Assembly (NCBI GenBank): GCA_937864275.1
Contig: CALMIW010000560.1
Location: 1-31,966, forward strand
Direction: 5' to 3'
Length of the DNA: 31,966 nucleotides
DNA from: an uncultured Dehalococcoidia bacterium
GTDB lineage: Bacteria; Chloroflexota; Dehalococcoidia; Tepidiformales; Tepidiformaceae
Below the pieces are notes generated by a model. The model saw only the letters and a program-made list of their open reading frames with translations. It was not told the DNA's origin and searched no databases. Positions 18,749 through 26,749 of this stretch are shown here, in pieces (within the stretch, counting starts at the first letter, position 1; every line of letters begins with the position of its first letter). Position numbers and translations under genes: made by a program.

Positions 18749-19677
18749 TAGAAGTACCCCTCCCGCTTGCGGTCTTCCATCGCCGCCTCGGAGAACTGGT
18801 CGTCGGCGCGGCTCTGGCCGCGCTCGGTAATCCTCGTCGCCGCGATCTCGTCCACCACGGTCGAAACCGTCGCCGCGCTCGATCGGACCGCAGCCGTGCA
18901 GGTCATGTCCCCCACCGTCCGGTAGCGCACCGACGCCTGGAACGGCTTCTCTTTCGGCAGCAGCGGCAGGTAGTCGCTCACCGCCATCAACATGCCGTCG
19001 CGCTCGAAGACGTCGCGCTGGTGCGAGAAGTAGATCGAGGGGATCTCCAGCCCCTCCCGCTCGATGTAGCGCCAGACGTCGAGTTCGGTCCAGTTCGAGA
19101 GCGGGAACGCTCGCAGGTGCTCCCCTCGGACGTGCATCCCGTTGAAGATCTGCCACAGTTCCGGCCGCTGGTTGCGCGGGTCCCACTGCCCGAATTCATC
19201 CCGGAACGAGAACACGCGCTCCTTCGCCCGTGCCTTCTCTTCATCCCGCCGGGCGCCGCCAATAGCGACGTCGAACTGGTCTTCCGCGATCGCCGCGAGG
19301 AGCACCGGCGTCTGCAGGCGATTGCGCGAGGCTCGCGGTCCGCGCTCCTCCACCAGCTCTCCGCGGTCGATCGCTTCCTGCACCGAAGCGACGATCAGCC
19401 GTGCCCCCAACTGCGCGACGCGCCGGTCACGGAACTCGATTACCTCTGGGAAGTTATGTCCTGTATCGACGTGCATCACCGGGAACGGAATTTTCGCCGG
19501 CCAGAAGGCCTTCTCCGCGATCCGGAGCAGGACGATAGAATCCTTCCCGCCGGAGAACAGCAACGTCGGGCGTTCAAACTCCGCCGCGACCTCGCGCATG
19601 ATGAAGATCGCCTCGGCCTCGAGCATCTCGAGGACCGAGTCATGAACGACCGGAACGGCGGCTTCCTCGGTGATCAT
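18748..19677 (-). CDS. cysD: Sulfate adenylyltransferase subunit 2
   Basis: LFSGGKDS, HVDTGHNF, GGARRDEEKARAKER, WDPRNQRPELW, RYRTVGD. Confidence 0.96.
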   Translation of the reverse strand: MITEEAAVPVVHDSVLEMLEAEAIFIMREVAAEFERPTLLFSGGKDSIVLLRIAEKAFWPAKIPFPVMHVDTGHNFPEVIEFRDRRVAQLGARLIVASVQEAIDRGELVEERGPRASRNRLQTPVLLAAIAEDQFDVAIGGARRDEEKARAKERVFSFRDEFGQWDPRNQRPELWQIFNGMHVRGEHLRAFPLSNWTELDVWRYIEREGLEIPSIYFSHQRDVFERDGMLMAVSDYLPLLPKEKPFQASVRYRTVGDMTCTAAVRSSAATVSTVVDEIAATRITERGQSRADDQFSEAAMEDRKREGYF

Positions 19678-20273
19678 CGCACTGCCTCCGCCGCTCGCTC
19701 GATGAGTCCCTGCCGTTCGAGGTAGTCGAGCACGCGGGCGATCGAAGCCGCCGCTGGCTCCTGCCCGGTGGGGATGACGATCTCGGGAGAAGTAGGCGTC
19801 TCGTACGGGTCGTCGATGCCGGTGAATCCCGGGCGCTTTCCTGCCCGCGCCTCGGCGTAGAGCCCCTTCACATCGCGCGCTTCGCACTCTTCGAGCGTCG
19901 CCGCGACGTGCGCCTCGACGAACCTCCCGCCATCAGCCTCCACAAGACGTCTGACGGCGTCTCGCGTCTCCCGGTACGGCGAGATCGCCGCCGTAATCAC
20001 GGCGACCCCGTTCCGTGTCAGCAGGTTCGCGACGAACCCGATGCGCAGGATGTTCGTATCGCGGTCCTCGCGGCTGAAGCCGAGTCCCTTCGACAGGTTC
20101 AGGCGCACTTCGTCGCCGTCGAGTACCTCAACCCTGGCGCCGCGCGCTCGCAGCAGCGGCGCCACCGCTTCTGTCAGCGTCGACTTGCCGGCGCCGGATA
20201 GGCCGGTGAACCAGAGCACGAATCCGGTTTCGTTTGTCACACGCGTCTCTCCCGTTGCCTGGGTGTTCGTCAT
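19674..20273 (-). CDS. cysC: Adenylyl-sulfate kinase
   Basis: WFTGLSGAGKST, LDGDEVR, LGFSREDRD, RDVKGLY, FTGIDDPYE. Confidence 0.96.
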   Translation of the reverse strand: MTNTQATGETRVTNETGFVLWFTGLSGAGKSTLTEAVAPLLRARGARVEVLDGDEVRLNLSKGLGFSREDRDTNILRIGFVANLLTRNGVAVITAAISPYRETRDAVRRLVEADGGRFVEAHVAATLEECEARDVKGLYAEARAGKRPGFTGIDDPYETPTSPEIVIPTGQEPAAASIARVLDYLERQGLIERAAEAVR

Positions 20274-20285
20274 CGTCGTTTCGGC

Positions 20286-20987
20286 CTAGGTGTGGAGGCC
20301 GCACTCCTCTTTGTCGAAGCCCTGCCAGCGTCCCGCCCGTCCCTGGACGCCGGGCATCGTGCAGTTGTAGCAGCCGATGCTGGTGTATCCCCGGTCCAGC
20401 AGTGGGTTGTACGGGACCTTGTTCGCCATCACGTACTCCCAGGTCTGCTTCTCGGTCCAGTTCGCCAGCGGGTTGAGCTTCACGACGCCGAACTTCGGCG
20501 CCCAGGAGACGATCGGCGTATCGGCCCGGCCCTCGGACTGGTCCCGGCGGAGCCCGCTCACCCACGCCGTCTTCCCTTCCAGGGCCCGCGTGTTCGGTTC
20601 GATCTTCCGGATCTCGCAGCAGAGGTCCGGGTCCCGCATCCAGAGCGCGGAGCCGTACTTCGCTGCTTGCTCCTCGTGGCTCAGCTTCGACTTGTAGACG
20701 TTCACGTTCTGGAGCCCGAGGGCAGGGACGGACTTCCGCATCGTCTCGTGCGTCTCTTCGAACAGGTAGTCCGTATCGAGGACGAAGACGTGCACGTTCG
20801 GCTTGAGCTGCGCGACCATGTGGAGGATCGCCATGCCGCTCGCGCCGCCGAAGCTGGCGCCGACCGACAGGCCGTCCCCAAAGGTCTCCACCGCCCAATG
20901 AACAATTTCCCGCGGGTCGGCGGGCTCGAAGCGCGCGTTCAACTCCGCGAGTTCCGGCGGGCTGAAGGTCGGGGCAGTGATTGCCAC
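20286..20987 (-). CDS. cysH: APS/PAPS reductase, [4Fe-4S]-type
   Basis: LDTDYLF, CC...CxxC (DLCCEIRK, SIGCYNCT), SGLRRDQS, RAGRW, C-terminal ECGLH. Confidence 0.94.
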   Translation of the reverse strand: MAITAPTFSPPELAELNARFEPADPREIVHWAVETFGDGLSVGASFGGASGMAILHMVAQLKPNVHVFVLDTDYLFEETHETMRKSVPALGLQNVNVYKSKLSHEEQAAKYGSALWMRDPDLCCEIRKIEPNTRALEGKTAWVSGLRRDQSEGRADTPIVSWAPKFGVVKLNPLANWTEKQTWEYVMANKVPYNPLLDRGYTSIGCYNCTMPGVQGRAGRWQGFDKEECGLHT

Positions 20988-21017
20988 GGCAAATCCTATA
21001 CCTGAGTAGTTCGCTCA

Positions 21018-21065
21018 ACTTTATCAACATCGTCCGTTGCGGGCAAGGGTTATAGTTGATAAAGT
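21018..21065. promoter_or_regulatory. Dyad-symmetric divergent promoter pair / operator between the cys operon and sulfite reductase
   Basis: ACTTTATCAAC-N8-TTGC-GG-GCAA-N8-GTTGATAAAGT. It reads TTGCGG-N17-TAAAGT on + and TTGCCC-N17-TAAAGT on -, both with an extended TG. Confidence 0.7.
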
Positions 21066-21128
21066 CACTCATCTTTGCCGCCATTCCAGCGCCGGCCGGG
21101 TGCCGCAACCCGGCTCAAGGTGAGTCCA

Positions 21129-22901
21129 ATGCCTGAAGTTGAAACCCTCGTCTACACGAATGAGCCGGACCGCATACTCCCGGTCCTCGAAAAGGAACTC
21201 GAGGACTTTCGGACCGAAGCCCACCGCATGCTCAACGGTGAGTGGGACGAAACCCAGTTCATCGGCTTCAGGCTGAAGCAGGGCGTCTACGGCCAGCGCC
21301 AGGCCGACGTCCAGATGATTCGCGTGAAGCTCCCCTTCGGCGGGGTCACGCCGGACCAGATGGACGCCTTCGGCGAGGTCGCTGAGAAATTCGCCCCCCT
21401 CCGCAAGGGCCACATCACCACCCGCCAGAACTTCCAGTTCCACCACGTCCCGCTCGCGAAAGCCGCCGAGGCGCTGTTCGTCCTCGGCAAGGCAGGCCTC
21501 TCCACCCGCGAGGCCTGCGGCAACACGGTCCGGAACGTGACCGGAGACCCGTGGGCAGGCATCCAGGACGGCGAACTCTTCGACTCCACCCCCTACGCCG
21601 GCGCGTTCGCCCGCTATTGGCTCCGCAACCCGCTCTCCCAGTTGCTCCCCCGCAAGTTCAAGGTCGCCTTCACCGGCACCGACGCCGACAACGCGATCAC
21701 CGGCATCCACGACCTCGGCTTCATCCCCCGAGTCCGCGATGGCGTGAAGGGGTTCGAGGTCGTCGTGGGCGGCGGGCTTAGCATCATGGCGCGCAACGCA
21801 CCCGTCCTCACCGAGTTCGTCTCGCTGGACGAATACCTGAAGCTCTCCGAGGCCGTCGTCCGCATCTTCGAAAAGGCCGACGAACTCCGGAAGAACCGCG
21901 CCAAGGCCCGGCTCAAGTTCCTCGTCGACCGCGTCGGCATCGAGGAGTTCCGCCGCATGGTCGATGAGGAACTCCAGGGCGACTGGACCAGCAAGGACTT
22001 CCGCCCCGACCGCCTCCTCTACGTCCACGACGAAGAGAAGAACGCCCCCGCGAAGAAGCCCGTCTACGTCCAGGCGAACGGCGACATGACCGCCTTCTCC
22101 GCGTTCGTCACCGCGAACGTCCGTGCCCAGCGCCAGCAGGGCTTCAGCGCTGTCGAAGTCAAGGTGACCCGCGGCGACCTCAAGCCCGAGCAGTTCCGCG
22201 GCCTCGCGAACATCATGCGCGAATACTGCGGCGGCTACGCCCGCACCACCGTCGGGCAGAACATCGTCCTTCGCTGGGTGCGCGACGAGAGCCTCTTCGA
22301 GGTCTTCCAGCAACTCCGCGACCTCGGCCTCGCCGACATCGGCGCACAGTCCATCACCGACGTCGTCAGCTGCCCCGGCACCGACAGCTGCAAGCTCGGC
22401 ATCACCTCGTCCATGGGCCTCAACCGCGCGATCCAGGAGAAGGTCGAGCTGATGGACGTGACCGACGAACTGACCAGGAAGATCCACATCAAGATGAGCG
22501 GCTGCCCGAACAGCTGCGGCCAGCACCACATCGCCAACATCGGCTTCCACGGCGCGGCGATGAAAGTCGGCCCCCAGCAGCTGCCCGCGTATCACATGTT
22601 CGTCGGCGGCTCCTACGACAACGGCAAACTGCGCATGGGGACGCAGCTCAAGGTGCGTCTCCCCGCAAAGCGCGGGCCGGACGCCGTCGAGCGCATCGTG
22701 AAGCTCTACGAAGGCAACCGCCAGGCCGGCGAGGAGTTCAACGACTTCTTCGACCGCGTCGGCGCCTCCGCCTTCGAATCGGCGATCGAGGACCTCACCC
22801 TCCCGGGCGACTTCGCCGACGACAACCGCCAGATGTTCATCGACTGGAACCGGTTGGAGCTCTACCAGCTCCAGCGCGGCGAAGGCGAGTGCGCCGTCTG
22901 A
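21129..22901 (+). CDS. Siroheme-[4Fe-4S] sulfite (or nitrite) reductase, ferredoxin-type
   Basis: HITTRQNFQFH, ACGNTVRNV, LPRKFK, CPGTDSC and GCPNSCG ligand motifs. Divergent from the cys operon, which favours sulfite. Confidence 0.9.
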   Translation: MPEVETLVYTNEPDRILPVLEKELEDFRTEAHRMLNGEWDETQFIGFRLKQGVYGQRQADVQMIRVKLPFGGVTPDQMDAFGEVAEKFAPLRKGHITTRQNFQFHHVPLAKAAEALFVLGKAGLSTREACGNTVRNVTGDPWAGIQDGELFDSTPYAGAFARYWLRNPLSQLLPRKFKVAFTGTDADNAITGIHDLGFIPRVRDGVKGFEVVVGGGLSIMARNAPVLTEFVSLDEYLKLSEAVVRIFEKADELRKNRAKARLKFLVDRVGIEEFRRMVDEELQGDWTSKDFRPDRLLYVHDEEKNAPAKKPVYVQANGDMTAFSAFVTANVRAQRQQGFSAVEVKVTRGDLKPEQFRGLANIMREYCGGYARTTVGQNIVLRWVRDESLFEVFQQLRDLGLADIGAQSITDVVSCPGTDSCKLGITSSMGLNRAIQEKVELMDVTDELTRKIHIKMSGCPNSCGQHHIANIGFHGAAMKVGPQQLPAYHMFVGGSYDNGKLRMGTQLKVRLPAKRGPDAVERIVKLYEGNRQAGEEFNDFFDRVGASAFESAIEDLTLPGDFADDNRQMFIDWNRLELYQLQRGEGECAV

Positions 22902-22904
22902 GGC

Positions 22905-23591
22905 CTACCCGGCGCGCAGGGTCGCCCACGCCTGGTCAAAGCTGATGCCGCCGTTCGCGGCGGCCTCCTGCAGCGCGAACCGCTGACGCGCCTCGTCTAC
23001 CTGCAGAAGGTACTGGGCCGGGTTCGCGCTCACCTCGAGCGCGAGCGCTTCGTGCCGGACGATCATCCCGCAGAACGCTTCGAAGATGGCCGGCCGGTCC
23101 AGGTAGTTCTCGAACACGAACAGCGAAATGTCGCCGCGCGCGTCCTCTTCGTCAGCGGCCACCACCCGGTCGTAAATGTCCCCGAGCCAATCGCCGATCC
23201 GTTCCCACTCCCCCGGGGCTTCCGAACACCCGCGGGAGTCGAGCGCCTCCAGCGACGAGAACAGCATCACCAGGTAGGTCGGCAGGCGCCGCTGCTCGTA
23301 CCCGAGGCGGGCGACGCCTATCCAGCGCACATCCTCGGCGCATCCCGCGTGCGCCCGTTGCACCGGGATAGCACCCGCGAGCTCGTTCGCCTCTGCGTCG
23401 GGGAGCGTCCGGATCCAGTCTTCTATCGTCGGCGGCGCCACCCCGGCGAGGTCGATAACCGAGAGCGCGGCCAGCCGCCGCTCGGGCGACCCGTCCTGGA
23501 TCTCCTGCACGAGCTCCGGCGTGGTCATCCGCCGAAACGCGGATTCGTGGTCCTGCCAGCCATCGTATTCGGGCGGGAGTCGCCGTTTCAT
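22905..23591 (-). CDS. Hypothetical protein (228 aa, helical)
   Basis: Fills the gap between sulfite reductase and hemB. ATG 23591 is preceded by TACTCT-N7. Confidence 0.7.
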   Translation of the reverse strand: MKRRLPPEYDGWQDHESAFRRMTTPELVQEIQDGSPERRLAALSVIDLAGVAPPTIEDWIRTLPDAEANELAGAIPVQRAHAGCAEDVRWIGVARLGYEQRRLPTYLVMLFSSLEALDSRGCSEAPGEWERIGDWLGDIYDRVVAADEEDARGDISLFVFENYLDRPAIFEAFCGMIVRHEALALEVSANPAQYLLQVDEARQRFALQEAAANGGISFDQAWATLRAG

Positions 23592-23598
23592 CCTGGTC

Positions 23599-23604
23599 AG
23601 AGTA
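23599..23604 (-). promoter_or_regulatory. Putative -10 box (TACTCT), leaderless
   Basis: TACTCT-N7-ATG on the - strand. Confidence 0.5.
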
Positions 23605-23642
23605 CCCCACGAATCCGTTCGGGGATTCGGTGAACTCACTGA

Positions 23643-23651
23643 TGCTAGACT
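23643..23651 (+). promoter_or_regulatory. Extended -10 (TG-C-TAGACT) for hemB, probably leaderless
   Basis: TGC TAGACT-N8-GTG(23660). Confidence 0.5.
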
Positions 23652-23659
23652 TGAAAATC

Positions 23660-24634
23660 GTGGAACTACCCGCCTTCAAGCGCCATCGCCGCCTGCGTGG
23701 GTCCGAAGGGATCCGCTCCATGGTGCGGGAAACGTCGCTCACCACGCGCAACCTCATCTACCCCCTCTTTATTGAAGCAGGACTCCAGGGACGCTCCCCG
23801 ATCGTCTCGATGCCGGGGCAGGACCGCATAGGCCTGGACCAGCTGTCCACCGAGGCCGGCGAACTGGCGTCGCTGGACATCCCGGCCGTGCTCCTCTTCG
23901 GCCTTCCGGTCTCGAAAGACGAAGTGGGGAGCGGCGCATACGCCCGCGACGGGATCGTCCAACAGGCGATTCGCCGCCTGAAAGACGCGAACCCGGGCCT
24001 GGTCGTCGTCGGCGACGTGTGCCTGTGCGAATACACCTCGCACGGCCACTGCGGCCCGCTCCGTCCGGATGGCTCAGTCGACAACGACGCGGCCCTTCCG
24101 CTGCTCGCCGAGACCGCCGTCACGCTCGCCGAAGCAGGCTGCGACATCATCGCCCCGAGCGACATGATGGACGGCCGGGTGGCGGCCATTCGCCTCGCCC
24201 TCGATTCAGCCGGCTTCGCACAGACGCCAATCCTCTCGTATGCCGCCAAGTACTCCAGCGCGTTCTACGGGCCCTTCCGCGACGCTGCCGATAGCGCACC
24301 CCAGTTCGGCGACCGCCGGGGCTACCAGATGGACCCCGCGAACGCCCGAATGGCCCTGGACGAAGTCGCGACCGACATCGCGGAAGGCGCCGACATGGTG
24401 ATGGTGAAACCCGCGCTCCCCTACCTCGACATCCTTCGCCAGGTGCGCGACCGCGTGGATGTCCCGGTGGCCGCCTACAACGTCAGCGGCGAGTACAGCA
24501 TGCTCATGGCCGCCATCCAGAACGGCTGGCTCGATGAGCACCGCGCGATCGATGAGACACTCACTTCCATCCGGCGCGCCGGCGCGGACATGATCATCAC
24601 CTACCACGCCAAACAGTGGGCCCGGCGCCAGTAG
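23660..24634 (+). CDS. hemB: Porphobilinogen synthase (ALA dehydratase), zinc-binding type
   Basis: RHRRLR, DVCLCEYTSHGHCG (three-Cys zinc site), APSDMMDG, YAAKYSSAFYGPFRDA, MVKPALPYLD, AYNVSGEY. Confidence 0.96.
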   Translation: MELPAFKRHRRLRGSEGIRSMVRETSLTTRNLIYPLFIEAGLQGRSPIVSMPGQDRIGLDQLSTEAGELASLDIPAVLLFGLPVSKDEVGSGAYARDGIVQQAIRRLKDANPGLVVVGDVCLCEYTSHGHCGPLRPDGSVDNDAALPLLAETAVTLAEAGCDIIAPSDMMDGRVAAIRLALDSAGFAQTPILSYAAKYSSAFYGPFRDAADSAPQFGDRRGYQMDPANARMALDEVATDIAEGADMVMVKPALPYLDILRQVRDRVDVPVAAYNVSGEYSMLMAAIQNGWLDEHRAIDETLTSIRRAGADMIITYHAKQWARRQ

Positions 24635-24646
24635 CCTTCGGCCCTG

Positions 24647-25078
24647 TTACGCCCGCCTGAGTGCTGTGGCAGGTTGCGCGGCGGCCATCGCCGAACTCAA
24701 CACCGTCCGCCGCGAAGGTTGGCTCCGCTCCTGGCACGCGGAAACCAGCGCACGGTCCACCGAATCGGCGATCCCCCGTGCCCGCGCCGCCATCCGCACG
24801 TGGGCGACGGTTCCCGAGATGGTCGCTTCCGCGCCCGCCCAGGGCTCGGCACGGAGCACGCGCAGGTGGCGAGTCGTCTGGTTCCACTCGACAACAAGCC
24901 GGGCGTGTGAGCCCGGCCCGGCGGAGAACCTCGTATAGCCTCCAAGGTATTCCTGCGTGAGGTGGAGACCTTTCGCGGTGGGATCGATACCCGCTCGACC
25001 GAGCCCGTCCCAGAGGTCTCCAAGAGCAAGCAATAGCCTGAACGCCACGTCCGAGTGATCTGCGCGCACGTGTACCAA
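24647..25078 (-). CDS. Hypothetical protein (about 140 aa; start uncertain)
   Basis: Protein-like core (VAFRLLLALGDLWDGL...ARLVVEWNQTTRHLRVL). TTG 25078 or GTG 25069 are possible starts; a TAGAAT hexamer lies upstream. Confidence 0.55.
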   Translation of the reverse strand: MVHVRADHSDVAFRLLLALGDLWDGLGRAGIDPTAKGLHLTQEYLGGYTRFSAGPGSHARLVVEWNQTTRHLRVLRAEPWAGAEATISGTVAHVRMAARARGIADSVDRALVSACQERSQPSRRTVLSSAMAAAQPATALRRA

Positions 25079-25325
25079 ACCCGGCGGATGAAGTCGGAAC
25101 CGCTCGCAGCCCCCGCAAGCCGCAGAGCCTGATTCTACGCTACGACTACCCGATCTATGCAAGCCGTCGATTGTCGGTATAGACCAAAACCACGGTGCTG
25201 TAATCGGCGCGTTTGCCGCCCATCACACTTCCCAATCTCGCCGCCCGCCCGGGGGCACCCTTCACGCGCGCACGAACATTATCGGTCCGGGCGGTGCTAG
25301 TCTCGCCCGGCCGCCGGAGGTTGCA

Positions 25326-25607
25326 ATGCCAGTCTGCGCCATCTGCCACCACCTCTCGCAGCCGCCGCGTACCGCCGCCGGTACCGTCGGCCTGCTCACC
25401 AGCGCGCCCGCGCTCGTCGCCGATGCCCTGGACAGCTTCGGGAACTCGGGCGGGGCCGAGCACATCCTCGTGCATGCCTGCCCGGAACACGTGGTCGATG
25501 TCTATCGCGGCCGCATCGATGGCGTCCGCATGGCCTGGCGCGTCGGCGAAGACGGCCCTACTCCTCGCCGCCGAACTCCCGCAGCAGCGTCCGCATCCCG
25601 GGCTTGA
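25326..25607 (+). CDS. Small hypothetical protein with CxxC...CxxH, putative metal-binding
   Basis: GGAGG RBS and TG-C-TAGTCT promoter-like element upstream; CAICH and HACPEH motifs. The 3' end overlaps purU by about 50 bp. Confidence 0.6.
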   Translation: MPVCAICHHLSQPPRTAAGTVGLLTSAPALVADALDSFGNSGGAEHILVHACPEHVVDVYRGRIDGVRMAWRVGEDGPTPRRRTPAAASASRA

Positions 25608-26451
25608 AGACCACCTTCCCGTTAATGACAACGACCTCGTTGTTCAGGGAGAGCTGCAGCGCGCGGCTCAGGACCACCCCCTCCAGCGCCCGGCCCTTCC
25701 GGCGCACATCCTCCACCGTGTCCACCCCGACTTCGATGTGAAAGACGTCCTGCAGGATGATCGGCCCGGCGTCGAGCTCCTCGGTCACGAAGTGCGCGGT
25801 GCAGCCCGTCACCCGCTCCCCATCCTCCCAGGCTCGCCGGTAGGGGTTGGCGCCCGGGAAGTACGGCAGCAGCGACGGGTGGATGTTGATGATCCGCCCC
25901 GCGTACGGCCCCACGATCGTTGGCGTCAGGATCTGCATGTAGCGCGCGAGCACCACGATGTCCACCCCGGCAGCGTTCAGCTGCTCGAGGACGAACGCCT
26001 CATGCGCCGCCTTGTCGTCGCTCGGGTGCCAGGCAAAGGGGATGCCGGCCCCTTCGGCGATTGGCCGGAGGCTCTCATGGTTCCCGATCACAATCGCGAG
26101 TTCGCCGTGCAGTAAGCCGGCGCGGTGGTCAGCGATCAGCTGCTCCAGGCAGTGCGCTTCCTTGCTCACCAGGATGCCCACCTTCCGGCGCTCCCGCTTG
26201 CCGTGCAGCGTCACCCGGATCTCCATGTCGATCTCGCTCCCGATCGCCAACAGCCCCGGGATCAGCTCGTCCAGCGAAACCGAGGCATCCGTGATGTCTA
26301 CGAGCATGTCCATGAGGAACTGGCCCCGCACCACGCGCTGCTCGATGTCCTCGATATTGACGTCCTTCTCCGCGAGGTACGTGCTGATCCGTGCCACGAC
26401 ACCTTTTTGGTCTCGCCCCAGGACGCTGACGATCGCAAGCACACGGTTCAT
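25558..26451 (-). CDS. purU: Formyltetrahydrofolate deformylase (ACT plus formyltransferase domain)
   Basis: N-terminal ACT (GRDQKGVVARIS), LVSKEAHCL, VIGNH, VLARYMQIL, INIHPSLLP, GCTAHFVTEELDAGPII. Confidence 0.9.
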   Translation of the reverse strand: MNRVLAIVSVLGRDQKGVVARISTYLAEKDVNIEDIEQRVVRGQFLMDMLVDITDASVSLDELIPGLLAIGSEIDMEIRVTLHGKRERRKVGILVSKEAHCLEQLIADHRAGLLHGELAIVIGNHESLRPIAEGAGIPFAWHPSDDKAAHEAFVLEQLNAAGVDIVVLARYMQILTPTIVGPYAGRIINIHPSLLPYFPGANPYRRAWEDGERVTGCTAHFVTEELDAGPIILQDVFHIEVGVDTVEDVRRKGRALEGVVLSRALQLSLNNEVVVINGKVVFKPGMRTLLREFGGEE

Positions 26452-26749
26452 ACGGCAATTCCTCTCGCAGGGAGACCGCGTTGAGCGGAAGTAAAGGCAG
26501 AATAGTGCCATCGGCCGCATCGGGCACCCGCGGGCAGTCCCTGCCATCCGTTATTCACAGACATCCATAGACTCGCCGGTTGGCGTACCATCGCTCAGAC
26601 ACGGCGGTCGGGACCCCCCACAGCAGGAGGCCCCCGCGATTAATAACGTGGGAATCCCCCTCCCGAGGCCCGAAAAGGGTGTTGACCTTAAACCCAACGG
26701 CCAGCACCTTACCGGACGGTTAATCGAATAGAGGAGGGAACCACTACCG

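Noticed and set aside
25335-25349. CXXCH (CAICH) as a heme c attachment site
   Set aside because: It lies at the extreme N-terminus with no export signal; c-type heme attachment occurs outside the cytoplasm. A zinc site is more plausible.
26452-26749. Riboswitch (ZTP/pfl or THF) upstream of purU or oppA
   Set aside because: I could not find the conserved ZTP or THF elements by eye on either strand. An Infernal/Rfam scan would be decisive.
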